Under the pieces are notes generated by a model, which was not told the DNA's origin, ran no database searches, and was given only the letters and a program-made list of their open reading frames with translations. Below, in pieces: positions 1 to 13,613 of a stretch of 64,000 nt of DNA; the first letter of the stretch is position 1; every line of letters begins with the position of its first letter. The translations under genes were made by a program, and so were the position numbers. Source of the DNA: Nemertoderma westbladi (lineage: Eukaryota > Animalia > Xenacoelomorpha); assembly GCA_032718475.1 (NCBI GenBank), contig JAUCBJ010006710.1:1-64000 (forward strand), given 5' to 3'.

Positions 1-1300
1 CTGACTCCACTGCAACACCCACCCTGTGGAATGGCAAACCAGGAGGTGGTATTTGCCCCGAGAGCTGACTCGGCAAAAAAGCACCCCCCAACCCCCACAA
101 AGGATTACATTAGTAATGCGGAGGTCCAATCAGCGAGCGAGAGACTGAATCAAAGGCCTTTGATTCAGTTTCCCGCTCACGTATGTTCAGCATACTTTCA
201 ATATATGGGATTCCTGAGGAAATTATTGCAGCAATCAGATCAGTACAAGATGGTTCGACAACGTTTGTGTCTACTGTTGATGGTGACACAGAACCATTAT
301 TAGTATTATGGGGAGTCCTCCAAGGAGACACACTTGCGTCATTCTTGTTAATAATTGTGGTTGACTATGTTCTACGCATGTCCTTAGATCATCATAATGA
401 TGAGGGGGTGATAGTAACTCCACCTACTGGCTCCAGAAGTCGAGGAAATCCTGCCAACTACCTAACTGATCTAGACTTTGCTGATAACTTAGGAGTACTC
501 TCAGATTCGATGGAGGGAGCCCAACGGCTCCTCAGTTCATTAGAACAGGATGCTTCTAGTGTTGGTCTTTTTATTAACTCCAAAAAGACCAAAATTTTGA
601 CAGTTAACTTTGAAAGTCCTCAGGAAGTCTCTGTCCGGAAGAGCATAAGCTCAAAAGATGGTATGCTTGAGCATGTGGACAACTTCTGTTACCTGGGATC
701 ATGGATCCGAAAGTCAGGTGAGGACCTTCGAATACGTAAGGGAAAGGCATGGGCAGCCTTGAATAGGCTTTCCAGGATTTGGAAGTCACAGAGAATTAAT
801 CAGAAACTTTAGGTCCGATTATTTGAGCAGCAGTTTGTTTTTTGCTTTGAGTTACTATGGGAATCCGTGCTGGGCTCTAACTGCTGAGGACACCAAATCT
901 TTGGATGGCACATTCACAAGAATGCTACACCGGGTACATTGTGTCAAGTACAATGCACACATCTCTAACCAGACACTATGTAACTTTGGAGGTGTCTCAT
1001 TGGTTCCCCCAAGCTTGACACTAGAACAAAGTCGCCTCCGTTTTGCAGGACATTGCTTTTGCCATGAGGACCAGCCAGTGCATAATCTTGTGCTTTGGCA
1101 GCCTCATGGAGTGAATAAGCATGGTGGACAGCCCATGACTTTCTTGAGACACATCTTAAAGGACACTCGCCTTGAAGATGCAGATAATCTAGCAAATGTC
1201 ATGGGTGATAGGAAGTTATAGCGGCGCAAATTTGTCGACAAGCCGGCACAGCATTCTTAAAATGGCAGCTGCAACGCAGCATGCCGATCCTAGTAGTAGT
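1..1300 (+). mobile_element. RTE-like non-LTR retrotransposon, internally deleted and decayed (RT 183-1221)
   Basis: RT motifs GVLQGDTLAS, LTDLDFADNL, FCYLGSWI and RLRFAGHC; frameshift near 810-830; 3' end has a (TAG)n tail at about 1290-1300. Confidence 0.85.
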
Positions 1301-1419
1301 ACCTTTCGTACATTAATGAAGATTTTAAAACGCATTTGTTCATTGAAGGTAAACATCCTTCAAACCATATATTACCAAACCATATGGATGGCACAGTCAG
1401 AATATTGCTACATCAGGCT

Positions 1420-1830
1420 CACTGGGTCAAGTACAACCAGCTCCAACCAGACACTAAATAACATTGGAGGTGTATCATTGGTTCCCCAAAGCTTGCACAC
1501 AACTCCAACCAGACACTATAATATAACATTGGAGGTGTCTCATTGGTACCCCCAAACTTGACAATGCAACAAAGCCGCCTCCACTTTGCAGGACATTTTT
1601 GCCGTGAGAGAGAGCCTGTGTACAAAATTTGCTTTGAAGCCCCATAGGGAAAATAAGCATGGTGAACTGGACGTGGACAGCCCATAAATTTCGAGAGAGA
1701 GACGCCTCCTAAAGTACAATGAACTTGAAGATGCGGATAATCTCGCAAAAGTCATGAGGGATAGTGAGGGCAGTACAACATTGTTGATAGATGGCATAGC
1801 ATTCTTAATGGAAGCTGCATGGGGCTTGCC
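1420..1830 (+). mobile_element. Degenerate 3' fragment of the same RTE-like family
   Basis: Similar to about 945-1290 (aaccagacacta...cattggaggtgtctcattgg, locally duplicated). Confidence 0.7.
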
Positions 1831-2200
1831 AATTGCATATTGTATGGTGGTGAAAAAATGTTTTAGAAAAGCTGGAATAGCCTCTCAATGTGCAGTTTTC
1901 AATGTGTCAGTGTGACTACTAAAGCAGGCAGATTATAGTAGTAGTATTTCGTGTACTGTAGTGTGTTATACTTTAAATTTTTGTGAATAAGCCCATTATA
2001 ATTTTGTTACTTGTGGTTAAATAACCCTCCAAGCAATCCTTTCTCTATCTCAACAATGGGAGATTAGAATTGATGATTGATAATGGAGTGATTGTAGGTT
2101 AGATATGTAAGAATTACATCTCAGAGATTCTTCTCCATCTCACCTAAAGAAAATATCTTCATAAGTTACCAAATAACATTTATTAAATAACATTTATTAG

Positions 2201-2394
2201 GTAAAGATAGTTCTATACGACTCTGCTGGAAACGTGAACACTCGCATCACGTACGGGGGTGCTGGTAAAAACAAAGGTAACTTCTTCTCATCAGGGAATA
2301 TGATAGCTGGGGAATCCACAATTGGTGGCTATAGATGCACGGGATTGTTTGGTTCGGGATGTTTCTATTCAATCAGTGGCGATGGTGGTGAAGG
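2201..2394 (+). CDS. Host gene internal exon (VKIVLYDSAGN...FYSISGDGGEG)
   Basis: Acceptor ttattag| and donor |gtaagt; open frame; phase-2 end joins exon 7891 in frame. Confidence 0.75.
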
Positions 2395-3091
2395 GTAAGT
2401 GAAATAACATTGTTAAATAATCAACTATAAGTAGAACATTACTATAATAAAATTATAAAAAAAATTAATTTATTATCTTCTACTTGTGATTTTTTTGGGT
2501 TAGCTTGGATTTAGATTGAATTAAAGTTCTTGGTTTAATACTTTTACATGGCACACATTTCGGTGTAATGTATTTTGATTGTATTGTTGAAAGAAATTTC
2601 GAAGGGGTAATAATGAGTGTCTTTACTGTAGCAGATCTTCTGTAATGAACTCCTCTTTACTTCTCCAGCCGTGTATCAGCGTTAAAGGAGGGTGGTTTAT
2701 ACAGGTTATATAGTACCATAAAGCTCGGTGTTTGTCATGTGTTGTCTCCAGCTGATGTTTAAGGCAGCCTTTAGTAGTCATCAATTTGGTGTTGAAATGA
2801 TTTGTCAGTATCCAGTTTTCACCCCTTTATTAAAGTATTCTTCCCATTGTGGCTAAAAATAAATTACCCTTCATGTGCCTGGAGAAATCTGATTTCCAGA
2901 AGGTATCCATTTTGATAGAGCTACCCAAGCCTTTCCTTCCCTAACTTCTGTCTTTTTGCTACTCTCCATCCATGATCCAAGGTACTGGAAGTCGTCAACC
3001 TTCCTTAGATGATTATTATAAATTAAATTGTTGTCAAGTTTCCATTAAAATTAAAAGTCATGAAATCTGTCTTGGTAGCATATATACAATC

Positions 3092-3787
3092 CCTACTACT
3101 AGGATCGGCATGCTGCATTGCAGCTGCATTTTAGGAATGCTGTGCCGCCACAACTCCCTGTCACCCATGACATTTGCTAGATCATCCGCATCCTCAAGGC
3201 CAGTGTCCTTTACAATGCGTCTCAAGTAAGTCATGGGCTGTCTACCATGCTTATTCATTCCCTGAGGCTGCTAAAGCACAAGATTATGCACTGGCTTGTC
3301 CTCATGGCAAAGCGGAGGCAACTTTGTTCTAGTGTCAAGCTTGGGGAACCAATGAGACACATCCAATATTATATAGTGTCTGGCTAGAGATGTGTGCATT
3401 ATACCTGACACAATGAACCCAGCGTAGCATTCTTGTGAATGTGCCATCCAGAGATTTTGTGTCCTCAGCAGTTAGAGCCCAGCATGGACTCCCGTAGAGG
3501 AGTACTGGAACTACTGCTGCTCTAAATAATCGGACCTTAAGTTTCCAATTAATTCTCGGTGACTTCCAAATCCTGGAAAGCCTATTTAAGGCTGCCCATG
3601 CCTTTCCCTTACGTATTCGAATATCCTCACTTGACTTCTGGATCCATGATCCCAGGTAACAGAAGTTGTCCACATGCTCAAGCATACCATCCTTTGAGCT
3701 TATGCTCATCCGATCAGAGACTTGCTGAGGACTTTCAAAGTTAACTGTCAAAATTTTGATCTTTCTGGAGTTAATAAAAAGACCAAC
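3092..3787 (-). mobile_element. 5'-truncated RTE-like copy
   Basis: Close protein match to 183-1221 (MLEHVDNFCYLGSW, PVLLYGSPCW); ctactacta tail; cuts off the endonuclease ORF of the neighbouring LINE. Confidence 0.85.
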
Positions 3788-4113
3788 ACTTTTACAATAG
3801 TTACATACTTGGCTAATGTTTTCCTAATAATAAAACATAAGCCGCCAGAAGGTCTACCGGAATGTACAACATCACCTGGGTATGTCGCCGGCTGTATGAT
3901 ACACTGACAGTGAGAAAAAGCAATTTTTATCCTATAAATATTATCACGCAAAACAAAATACTCTTGCAAGCAGACAATATCGGATGCCAACATTAACGCA
4001 TTGATGAAATCAAGTCTATCTGGAGATATACCTATACTATTATAGGATGAGATAGTTAATAAATCCGAATTTAATGTTCCAACGCTGTTATTAGGACTGG
4101 TATCATTCGCCAT
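3788..4113 (-). pseudogene. N-terminus of a LINE ORF2 APE endonuclease, truncated at the RTE insertion
   Basis: ISSYNSIG, DIVCLQEYF and GRPSGGLCF are APE motifs. Confidence 0.75.
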
Positions 4114-4263
4114 GGTTGGTTATTGTTTATGAAGCCACAGGCAGAATAGACTAAAATCTACCTATCTCTTAGCTCCACCGTAAATCCACCTCCTCACACA
4201 CACTCCGGGTGGCCACGTAGATGGCTCGAGAGCTTTTTCCATGTCGTGAGACGTGAGCGTTAT

Positions 4264-5466
4264 TCAAAAGCTTGCTAATCTGGGGTCAACGGGCGACTTC
4301 CGCTGTATGGCAGCTTCTCTAACAGTGATCCCGCACAATTTCAAGTTCTCAACCAGCTCGATTGCCTTTGTATTACTATCCAATCTGAAAACGAAAATGT
4401 CAGTAGGAGCCGTGTTCAAGCCGTCACCTTGGATATTCCCTTGGCCAGTTCCTACAACAAACGAGGGAGCTGAGCGACGCGGGTGTTTCCGGTAGCTGAC
4501 TACTTTGTAGTTATCCTCATCCAGATTTCCTTCCTCTACATCGGTTCTTCTTCTCTTGACACTTCCATTGTGATTGGGAGTGTTACCTCCACTATGAGTA
4601 GGAGTATCCGCAAAATTACTCAAATGTTTGTAAGGGTTGGCACACGATTGATTAATATTACCGGGCGAACCATACACTGGCACGGACCTTAGCGAGTGTG
4701 TAGGCCGTGGGGGATCCGGTTTCACCCAGGCTGTGGCGACATTCGGTGGATGAAACTCTGCAGCCCGATTTGGAAGACTGGTAGCAGGGTAGTCAGACAT
4801 CCAATTAGATTCGCGGTCTATATTACTTGGGGGAACAGCTGTAGGCCTACTGGCCCAGGCTGATGGTAGGCCAATGGTTACCGGTACTGGTGCAGGGTCA
4901 GAAGGTTTGGAAACCGGTACCCGTACCGGTGCGGAGACTTTTTTAATCTCCACCTTCAACTTATGTTCCAAAGACTTTGTGTATTCTATAAATTGTAACT
5001 GCATACTGGATAGTTTATTGCTTAACATTAAGAACTGCGAAGCACTCTCCGCTTCCATAACGTCATCCCCGCCCTCGACCAAAGAAGGCAGAGACAGTGC
5101 ATCCAAGGCAGACACCGCAATAGTTGGCAACTTACCAGTTGTTTCGTATTCGCGCAATTTATCATAAATGTCCTGCAGATGTGCATAGGCAGCCGATCTT
5201 TCCGCCGTATCTCGTCTTCCGTTAACTTCTATCTGTATATTTGCAAACAGTAAACCTTTAGAGTGCAGAATTTCTTCTGCTGTAAACCGTTTCATACAAG
5301 CATCCAATATTACCGGCTGAGTGCTGGTAGCCATACCTTGAACCAGAACACATAGAACCCGATCCAAAATGGATGTACCATTATTATTGGCAGTGATCGA
5401 AGAAGGCCTATTAGTATAACCGGTAGTGCTGTCATCAGCAGTATCGGTCTGGCTGTCAGACATCAT
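4264..5466 (-). CDS. LINE ORF1-like protein (400 aa)
   Basis: Lies just upstream of the APE ORF; coiled/Pro-rich middle and C-terminal DIFVFRL...ASF RRM-like segment typical of LINE ORF1. Confidence 0.65.
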   Translation of the reverse strand: MMSDSQTDTADDSTTGYTNRPSSITANNNGTSILDRVLCVLVQGMATSTQPVILDACMKRFTAEEILHSKGLLFANIQIEVNGRRDTAERSAAYAHLQDIYDKLREYETTGKLPTIAVSALDALSLPSLVEGGDDVMEAESASQFLMLSNKLSSMQLQFIEYTKSLEHKLKVEIKKVSAPVRVPVSKPSDPAPVPVTIGLPSAWASRPTAVPPSNIDRESNWMSDYPATSLPNRAAEFHPPNVATAWVKPDPPRPTHSLRSVPVYGSPGNINQSCANPYKHLSNFADTPTHSGGNTPNHNGSVKRRRTDVEEGNLDEDNYKVVSYRKHPRRSAPSFVVGTGQGNIQGDGLNTAPTDIFVFRLDSNTKAIELVENLKLCGITVREAAIQRKSPVDPRLASF

Positions 5467-5711
5467 GAGTCAGACAGTGTACAGGTTTGTTTAGTAACTG
5501 ACATCCAGTAACAGAAATATTTCCTATTATCTACTATAATCTGTGATTGGCTTAATTATGTGGTATACCGGTATTAAATTATAGGCTCATTATTGTAATT
5601 GCCTTACTACATATACCGGTACTAGAATAATTTACATAAGGTCTATTAATTTTATAGGTGTATATACTGTTCCAACTAGTGCATATACTGTTACTATATC
5701 TTTAATTACAG

Positions 5712-5907
5712 TAATTAATTGCTGAATTACAAACTGTGTTTGACTTTATCGGTTTATTTTAATTATTATTGATATAACTGACTGTTTGAAACTGTGTGTG
5801 ACTCTGTTTGAACCACAGTTAATTAAACATACCATTGTGAAATTTTACTAATATCAATTGGCAGAAAACTTATAATCCTAGTATGTCTATTAGACATAAT
5901 AGTCTAA
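5712..5907. repeat. Left copy of an approximately 200-bp direct repeat flanking a LINE insertion
   Basis: Matches 6903-7109 with a few substitutions and an 11-bp indel. Confidence 0.85.
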
Positions 5908-6902
5908 TCATCTACAACTTGCCGCCTATCCTGATAGCGATTGGTTGCTGGGTTGTAATGTACGCAGATGACGTTGCTATCACCGCAAACACAATCGAAG
6001 ATATGCAGGTTGCTCTCGATGCTCTATCGGTATACTGTGATTCCAATATCCTAAATGTAAATACATCCAAAACAAAGGCGATGAAGTTCCAACGCGGTGG
6101 TCATCTGGCGAGATCTGACCAGTTGCATTATATGGGATCCAAAATAGAGTTTGTCAACACATTTAATTACCTTGGTGTCACACTCACTACAAAAAACGTA
6201 TCAAGTGGCCATTTCAAAGAAAAATACAAAAAAGGTAAAGCCTGCTGCATGATGCTATCGACAAAAGTGAAACTAACCTGCACCAACGCCACCACCGCTA
6301 GGAAGCTCTGGCCTGCTATAATTCTCCCTGCTATAACCTATGGGTGCAGCGTGTTTACATCAGACCCCTTGGAAGAACTCGACCACATCGCTAAAGTAAG
6401 GGCGTTCTACTGGAAACTGTGGTGTGGGGTGTCGAAATTTCCCTCCTCTACAGCCATTCTAAGCGCAGTTGACCACGCAACGACCACAGGTTGTAATGAG
6501 ATCAACATTATCAACCTAACGGGTCACCGCCGTCGCGCCGCTGCACGCTTTCTATCTAATGGTTTCCATCACAAATTCTGCACGAGCAAGTGTTGGCGTC
6601 CTACACCCGATTGCGTCTGCTCTCTGTGTGCCAAGCAGTGCACAGACAAACATCACTTTAACAAGTGCTGCAAAGTACCACGTCTGGACTGCGAGATCCG
6701 CTATGCTCTCTACCTAAATGACCTACCTTAATTTTTAATTAATATAAATCCTTTTATCTGGTTATGTGCCTTTCTTTCTTTTTTATCTAATACTAATACA
6801 ATACATCGTTCTCTACTTTTACTGTAAGTGCAACTAAAATTATATTCTTTAATTCTTCATAATTTTTCCATGTGGAAAATATAGGCCCCATTTGATTAAT
6901 AA
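5908..6902 (+). mobile_element. 5'-truncated LINE: RT C-terminus (YADD) and Cys/His-rich tail
   Basis: MYADDV, FNYLGV, CSLC...HHFNKC; related to 11827-12791. Confidence 0.85.
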
Positions 6903-7109
6903 TAATTAATTACTGAATTACAAACTGTGTTTGACTTTATCGGTTTATTTTAATTATTATTGATATAACTGACTGTTTGAAACTGTGTGTGACTCTGTTT
7001 GAACCACAGTTAATTAAACATACTATTGTGGATTGTTACTAATATCAATTGGCAGATTATTAGCAGAAAAGTTATAATCCTAGTATGTCTATTAGACATA
7101 ATAGTCTAA
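6903..7109. repeat. Right copy of the approximately 200-bp direct repeat
   Basis: Matches 5712-5907. Confidence 0.85.
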
Positions 7110-7890
7110 CCTAAATAAAGTCTAAACCTTGACTAACATTAATCTTAATCTTTCTGACAGCGTCTTAGACCAAACCGCTGGTGACCTCTACAATAGTGTG
7201 GACAGTAGGAAGGAGGAGCCAGTTAACTTCTCCCCCTCTATGGTAAGAAAGTCTCCTTGAACAAAGGAGATTAAGATCAAAGATCCAAGGCTGATGGAGG
7301 GCCATTGGTCAGTCATGTACTAACTAGGGCACAGGTCATTTGGACTAAACTCTGTACATGAAGCCGTTTTTGACAAATTTGGGTTAAATGTAATCAATCC
7401 TGACTCTTAGAATGCAATCAAGAAAAATTTATTGAATTAAAATCTTAATTACTAATTGCATAATTTATTGTCTAGGAAATTGTTACCGAAATATTTTTTT
7501 ATTTAACACCCTAAAGAAGATAAAAATAATTCATCGAAACCTAGTGCAATAGTAGATTCTATATTTTTTTTATCAATATAACTTTGTTGTCGATCTCGTT
7601 TATATTAAATTTTTTAACAACTCTTTACACCCCTTTACACATTATATAAATATATCTGGAGCAATTTTTGAAATCGAAATCATTATTTATTATTATTATT
7701 CATTATTATCTTAATGGGAGTTTTCCTTCTAATACACTAATTGCTTAGTGTCATTCCTCCAAATTTTGTAAAAAATAAGGAAAAGGAAAAGGACCTTGCT
7801 CGATGCGCTGGCATTGTGCATAAATACAAGGGTCATAGTCTACTTTTGATTTAATGATTAAATATTACATTTTATTTTTTTTTATTTTAG

Positions 7891-8042
7891 ACGTCACTGG
7901 TTTATTAATAAATCTTACTTTTTTTGTAACAATGACGTTGGCTTTTTTGTGGTTACCGGTTGTGGTCATACAGGATGCGGTTGGCAGAGGCGCGGATGTC
8001 CTGCTATACTATCACATAATGGAGGCGGTGGAAATTGGAATC
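7891..8042 (+). CDS. Host gene internal exon (RHWFINKSYFFCNNDVGFFVV...GNWN)
   Basis: Polypyrimidine ttttag| acceptor and |gtaagt donor; phases match both neighbouring exons. Confidence 0.75.
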
Positions 8043-8079
8043 GTAAGTTACATATAAATTTACTATGTTTATAGACATA

Positions 8080-8475
8080 GACAGTGCCTAACAGTGTCTA
8101 AGGTTGGTAGACAATAGCCTAACAGTGTCTAATGTAGGTAGACAGTGCCTAGCAGTGTCTAAGGTAGGTAGACAATAGCCTAACAGTGTCAAATGTAGGT
8201 AGATAGTGCCTAGTAGTGCCTAATGTAGGTAGACAGTGCCTAACAGTGTCTAATGTAGGTAGACAGTGCTAACAGCTCACAGCTAACTGCTAAAAGCTAA
8301 CTGCTAACAGTTACCTGCTAACAGGTAACAGCTAACTGCTTACAGCTAACAGCTAACTGCTAACAGCTAACTGCTAACACCTAACTGATAACAGCTAACT
8401 GCTAACTGTTAATAGCTAACTGCTAACAGCTAACTGCTAACAGCTAACTGCTAACAGTGTCTAACGTATGTAGAC
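8080..8475. repeat. Compound minisatellite (about 30-bp gtaggtagacagtgcctaacagtgtctaat unit plus a 7/14-bp aacagctaactgct unit)
   Basis: Tandem repetition visible directly. Confidence 0.9.
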
Positions 8476-8913
8476 GGATAGTTGGGTTAAAGAGGACAGT
8501 TACCGAAAGCTAACAAAAGCTACTGAAAGTTATGCAAAAGCTATCGAAAAGGTTAAAGTATGGGTTAAAGCTATCCATTCACTAATAGGGTGTACATTTC
8601 GCACTTTCAGGGTTTGATAGTTATTCATAAACAAAAACGATACGAGCTATAATTCAAATAATTGCCCTTTAATTCCAAATATCCCTTCGCGAAATATAAT
8701 TTCACTGACACAGTAAGGGGTAAACTGGTAAATGTACAGTGCTAGGCTTGTTCATTAGGGCTTACCTTTATTCCGTTACTTGGCCAGTAGCCAGTACAGC
8801 AGTAGCTGAGTAGGCTACTGCGGTCCCTTCTGCTACCATCAGACCAGCTACCGTCTGACTCCATGGCAGCGCATTACAGCATTGAGGATGGCCTATACAT
8901 TTCATTGATTTCA

Positions 8914-11900
8914 TTTTTATCACCAGTCACACATTATGACATCAGAGTCAGAAATAACCGAAACAACTGACAACTTAAAGTCTGAATGTTCATATTATTA
9001 ATTAACTGCTGTAATTTTAAATTGAGTAAACTATAATGGCGGAAGAGTTCATCCGATTGCAGAGAGAAGCACTAGGAATAGTACGAGAAATAAAACAAAA
9101 GAGGAGCACCTCAAACGAAGAGGAAAAACAACTTACTGACTGCCTACTGATGATGACAGCAATGAACACAATCGTTTTAGATAAACTCGCAACATCCCAC
9201 GAAGAATCCATTGTATCAAAGAATGAACTCCTGAAACGCATAACTGAAACGGAACCAGTAGCACAACCGACCCACCTCGAATCCCACTCCCACCCTCACC
9301 CTCAACCAGCTGCCGCTGCCACTGGTTCTTACGCGGGCGTGGCGGGAGGGGGGCCCGGGACCACTGCGGCCACTGGTACGGGGCAGCTTGGTTATATACA
9401 GCCGCAGCGTCTGAACCTAATACAGGAAAGGGGGGATAATAACTCTGGAGGCAACTACTGAAATCCAAATACTGGTACCGGTAGTACATCAACGCAGACA
9501 AACCACGCGATTACGCTGACTCGGGGTGATCGAGTAGGCAGCCCGCTACGCGTCGCCCAGCCACACAAAGCAACGACTACTTCGCAGAAACAAATGGCAC
9601 ATATTCATATTGGGCGACTAGATCCCAGTGTAACAGAAGAGGATATCTCGGACTTCCTAAATAGTGAAAATCAGAAATTCACAGCAGGCAGGACTCCCCA
9701 TACAGGAGCTTTCAACTTACATGCGACCAGGAGAATCGGAGTTCCCTCATGGACCCCGGTCTGTGGGAGGTCGGAATTTCAATCAGAAATTACAAACTGT
9801 GTGACGACGAGCGAGAATCTCTGGGTCTACGACGACGGTTCCCACGAACCTACGAACCGCAATCAAACGAGCCGGCTGAAACAAACACGGCCCCAGGTCA
9901 TGATTGACATGGGGCACCTGTAACTCTAAATAAACAAACTATTCTTTGTACAGGATGTAGCAAACCCTATTGATACATGACAAGTTTACGTAAACACGAG
10001 AAACATTGTTTACGCTCTCAAATTGTAAACAATCTACAACTAATGAGTGAGTTACCATTTCCCATTGACAATATGTAACGAGCTAGAGGTCCCAACATAC
10101 TTACAGTGGTGGGTTGGAATGTTGAAGGTGCCAATACTACAATGGAGACAACCATAGATGATACATTTACTTCAACGGATATTCTGTTACTAACTGAAAC
10201 TTTCAACAGCGACTTAACGATTCCGGGTTTCTCCTACGGAAATATCCCTTCTAGTAAAGGGGAGCAGGGTCGCCCATTTCGCGGTATTACTGTGGCGGTT
10301 AATATGAGACATGGAACTACGCACAACGTCATCTATAAATGTGAATCTGTACTGGCAACGCTATTCGCGGAATTTGTTTTTGTATCCAGTTACTTCAAAC
10401 CAAACACAGATGTAACAGACATACTACTAGACCTGATAAATATACCATAAACGTGATAAGATCTACAATGAACTCTCCTATTATAATGATTGGGGATTTC
10501 AACTGCCACCTCGATACTGGCGAACGTGCAAGCTTACTATGCGATGGTCTTCGATCGGCTGGGTTATATTGTATAACTGACCCGACAGTTCCAACTTACT
10601 ACAGTTGGAATGGCAGTAGCGTGATCGATCTCGTGTTTGTAGAGCAACAAGTTATAGACTCGGCTACATTAAACGTAAAACCAACATTAAACACTAAACA
10701 CCAGCGTATTATAATGGAACTCTCCATGAGTGATATTACATAACGCCGATAAAGAACTCCAGCAGTCAGACACATAGATGCCGATATACTTGGATCTATT
10801 CTCAATCCGGCTGAATTCCAAGATGTGCTTAATGATGGCGTCGACTCCGCGTGCAATTACATAACATCGCCAATCAACCAATCAGCAATGAGACCCAAAC
10901 ATCGGACAGCAAAACCCTGGTTCGACCGGGAGTGCTACCTAGCAAAGGAGGATATTACAAATAAATTTGAAACGGTTCGTATCAATTCCACTGTTGAATC
11001 AAGCGAGCTTTATACAATTAGCATACGAAATTACAAATATCTACTAATACGCAAAAAGAAGATGTACGAGGAAAGAAAGGAAATTTAACTAATTGAACGC
11101 AGTGAGGAGGATAAATCTAATTTCTGGAATATACTAAAAGGCAAACGATCAACCCGTAGCGCAACAGGTCTCTGAGGAATCCTGGTCATCCAACTTCACG
11201 AAGCTACTCGCTTCAGATACTCGTCCACAGCTGCCAACAATCCCCAAACAGCCAGTCGATGCGTTAGATAAACCAATTGACCCTGCCGAGATCACGGAGG
11301 CAGTCTACAAACAGAAACAGCATTAAGCTGCGGGCCCAGATGGTGTCGCAGGGGAATCATTAAAGCTCGGTTTCGGTCACTTACTCCCGCACCTATTAAG
11401 TATATTTAGTATATGTTTTGCCGCAGCTACGTGTCCCACTGCATGGCTCAAGTCATACTTAATACCATTGTACAAAGGGAAGGGAAGTAAGTCCTCACCT
11501 GACTGTTACCGCGGGATTGCGTTACTCTCGTGTTTACTAAAAACCTACACGTCAATCTTAGCAACAAGACTGTACAACTGGGCGGAGCGCAGCAGAGCGT
11601 TCCCTGGCACTCAATACAGGTTCAGGAAGTCGCGATCTACGATAGATGCCGTTAGATGTTTATATAACCGTATTAACATCGCTATACAACCAGCAGGCGG
11701 GCACATTTATTGCGTCTTTGTAGACTTCCGCTTTCAGCATGTTTTGACTCAATAAACCGCGAGATACTCTGCATGAAACTATCGAATGTGGGATTGAGCT
11801 GAAAGTTTATCAGCGCGATTTGGGCCTTGATCTCGATAAACTTCGTGTGCATCTGCGTAGGAGTGCATGTGTTGGAACCAATCGCTCAAACAGTTGGAGT

Positions 11901-12946
11901 AGTCCAAGGCAACAAACTCTCCCCACTATTATTTAGTCTCTTCGTGGCAGACCTTCCCGTATACATTGTATTTGCTACTATCTGGGTGATAATGTATGCC
12001 GACGACCAAGTATTTGTCGGAGACTCGATTGCAGATGTGCAATCTAGTTTGAATAAACTCACTGATTATTGTAAACTTAATTAACTCGAAGTCAATATCA
12101 CAAAGACTAAAGGCGTTAAGTTTCGCCGTGGAGGAAGATTGGCACGCACTGATGTTCTGGAATACAACGGGCAAGTATTGGAATTCCAGAACTGTTTTCA
12201 ATACTTCTATCAAGTATCTATCGAGTTTTCATATCAACCAAAAATGGGGCTTGCGGGCATTACGGTCACATGTATTCGAAAGGCATATCAAGTTGTGTAT
12301 TAATTGCTACAAAAGTTAATCTTCGTATAGTATCCCAACAATCGGCACAACGTTTATGGCAATCAATTGTCCTTCCATCGACAACATACGGGTGCAGTAT
12401 TTTCACGAGTAGCGACATTACACAACTGGACCATGTGCAACGGGTGCGAGCGTTCTACTGGAAGTTATGGTGCAGAATCACCAAGTTTGCCTCGTCTACT
12501 GCAATCCTCCACAGCATTGACCATCCAGGCGCGTCCGACATAGACGTTACTGGACTCTCCGGTTTACGCCACCGCTATGCCGCTCAGCTGATATCAAATG
12601 GATACCACCATCACATCTGCACCAATCCCAGTTGTTGGAGGCCAGCTGATTGCTGTGAATGCTGGATGTGTGGTGGCTCAGCAACCACCAAACAACATTA
12701 CCTGGAATGCCAGGCTATCCCCCTTTGCAGATCCCGCCTACGAACACCAATTTGGCTGATGACCACTGATCGACCCCAAATGCGCAGTTAATACGTCAAA
12801 TTTTAATCGTTTACGGAATATCCTTTTTTACATAAGTTACGGAACTAATTACATTTTATCTAATTATATGGTCACATTATTGTTTTAATTTAATTTTAAC
12901 TAGTATCTCAGTTGTTCCATATGTATGGATTATAAATATTAACAAT
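8914..12946 (+). mobile_element. Near full-length decayed LINE (ORF1 about 9036-9900; APE-RT ORF2 about 10050-12791 with many stops and frameshifts)
   Basis: VGWNVEG, LLTETF, IGDFN, SVIDLVF, YRGIALLS, GVVQGNKLSPLLF, YADD; flanked by 16-bp catttcattgatttca at 8898-8913 and 12947-12962 (candidate TSD). Confidence 0.85.
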
Positions 12947-13294
12947 CATTTCATTGATTTCAAACTCTTATAATAATTTTAAAGTGCTATTCGATTCCGA
13001 TACTGATAACAGCGATAGTACAACCTGCACGCCTCACCTTAACACTGCACCGTCCCTTGATTACCAGTACTCAGTTTGTACTGTAAGCCATCCTCTAGTC
13101 AATAATGCAGCAATGCACCACCCCGCGGAATGAAGGTAGCTGTCTGCCCACCAGTCAGCCAGTATGTCAGACATCCATTACTGCTTCACAAGTAGCTTAG
13201 CCTATCACTGTACTAAAACTACTATACTACAATTAATATATAATGTACATATAGTATGTAATGCAGTATTATAATGTTTTATATGTTTTATATG

Positions 13295-13613
13295 CACGAG
13301 CAAGTGTTGGCGTCCTACACCCGATTGCGTCTGCTCTCTGTGTACCAAGCAGTGCACAGACAAACATCACTTCAACAAGTGCTGCAAACTACCACGTCTC
13401 GACTGCGAGATCCGCTGTGCTCTCTACCTAAATGACCTACCTTAATTTTTAATTAATATAAATCCTTTTATCCGGTTATGTGCCTTTCTTTCTTTTTTAT
13501 CTAATACTAATACAATACATCGTTCTCTACTTTTACTGTAAGTGCAACTAAAATTATATTATTTAATTCTTCATAACTTTTCCATGTGGAAAATATACGC
13601 CCCATTTTGATTC
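13295..13613 (+). mobile_element. Short 3' fragment of the 5908-6902 LINE family
   Basis: Near-identical to about 6579-6897. Confidence 0.85.
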
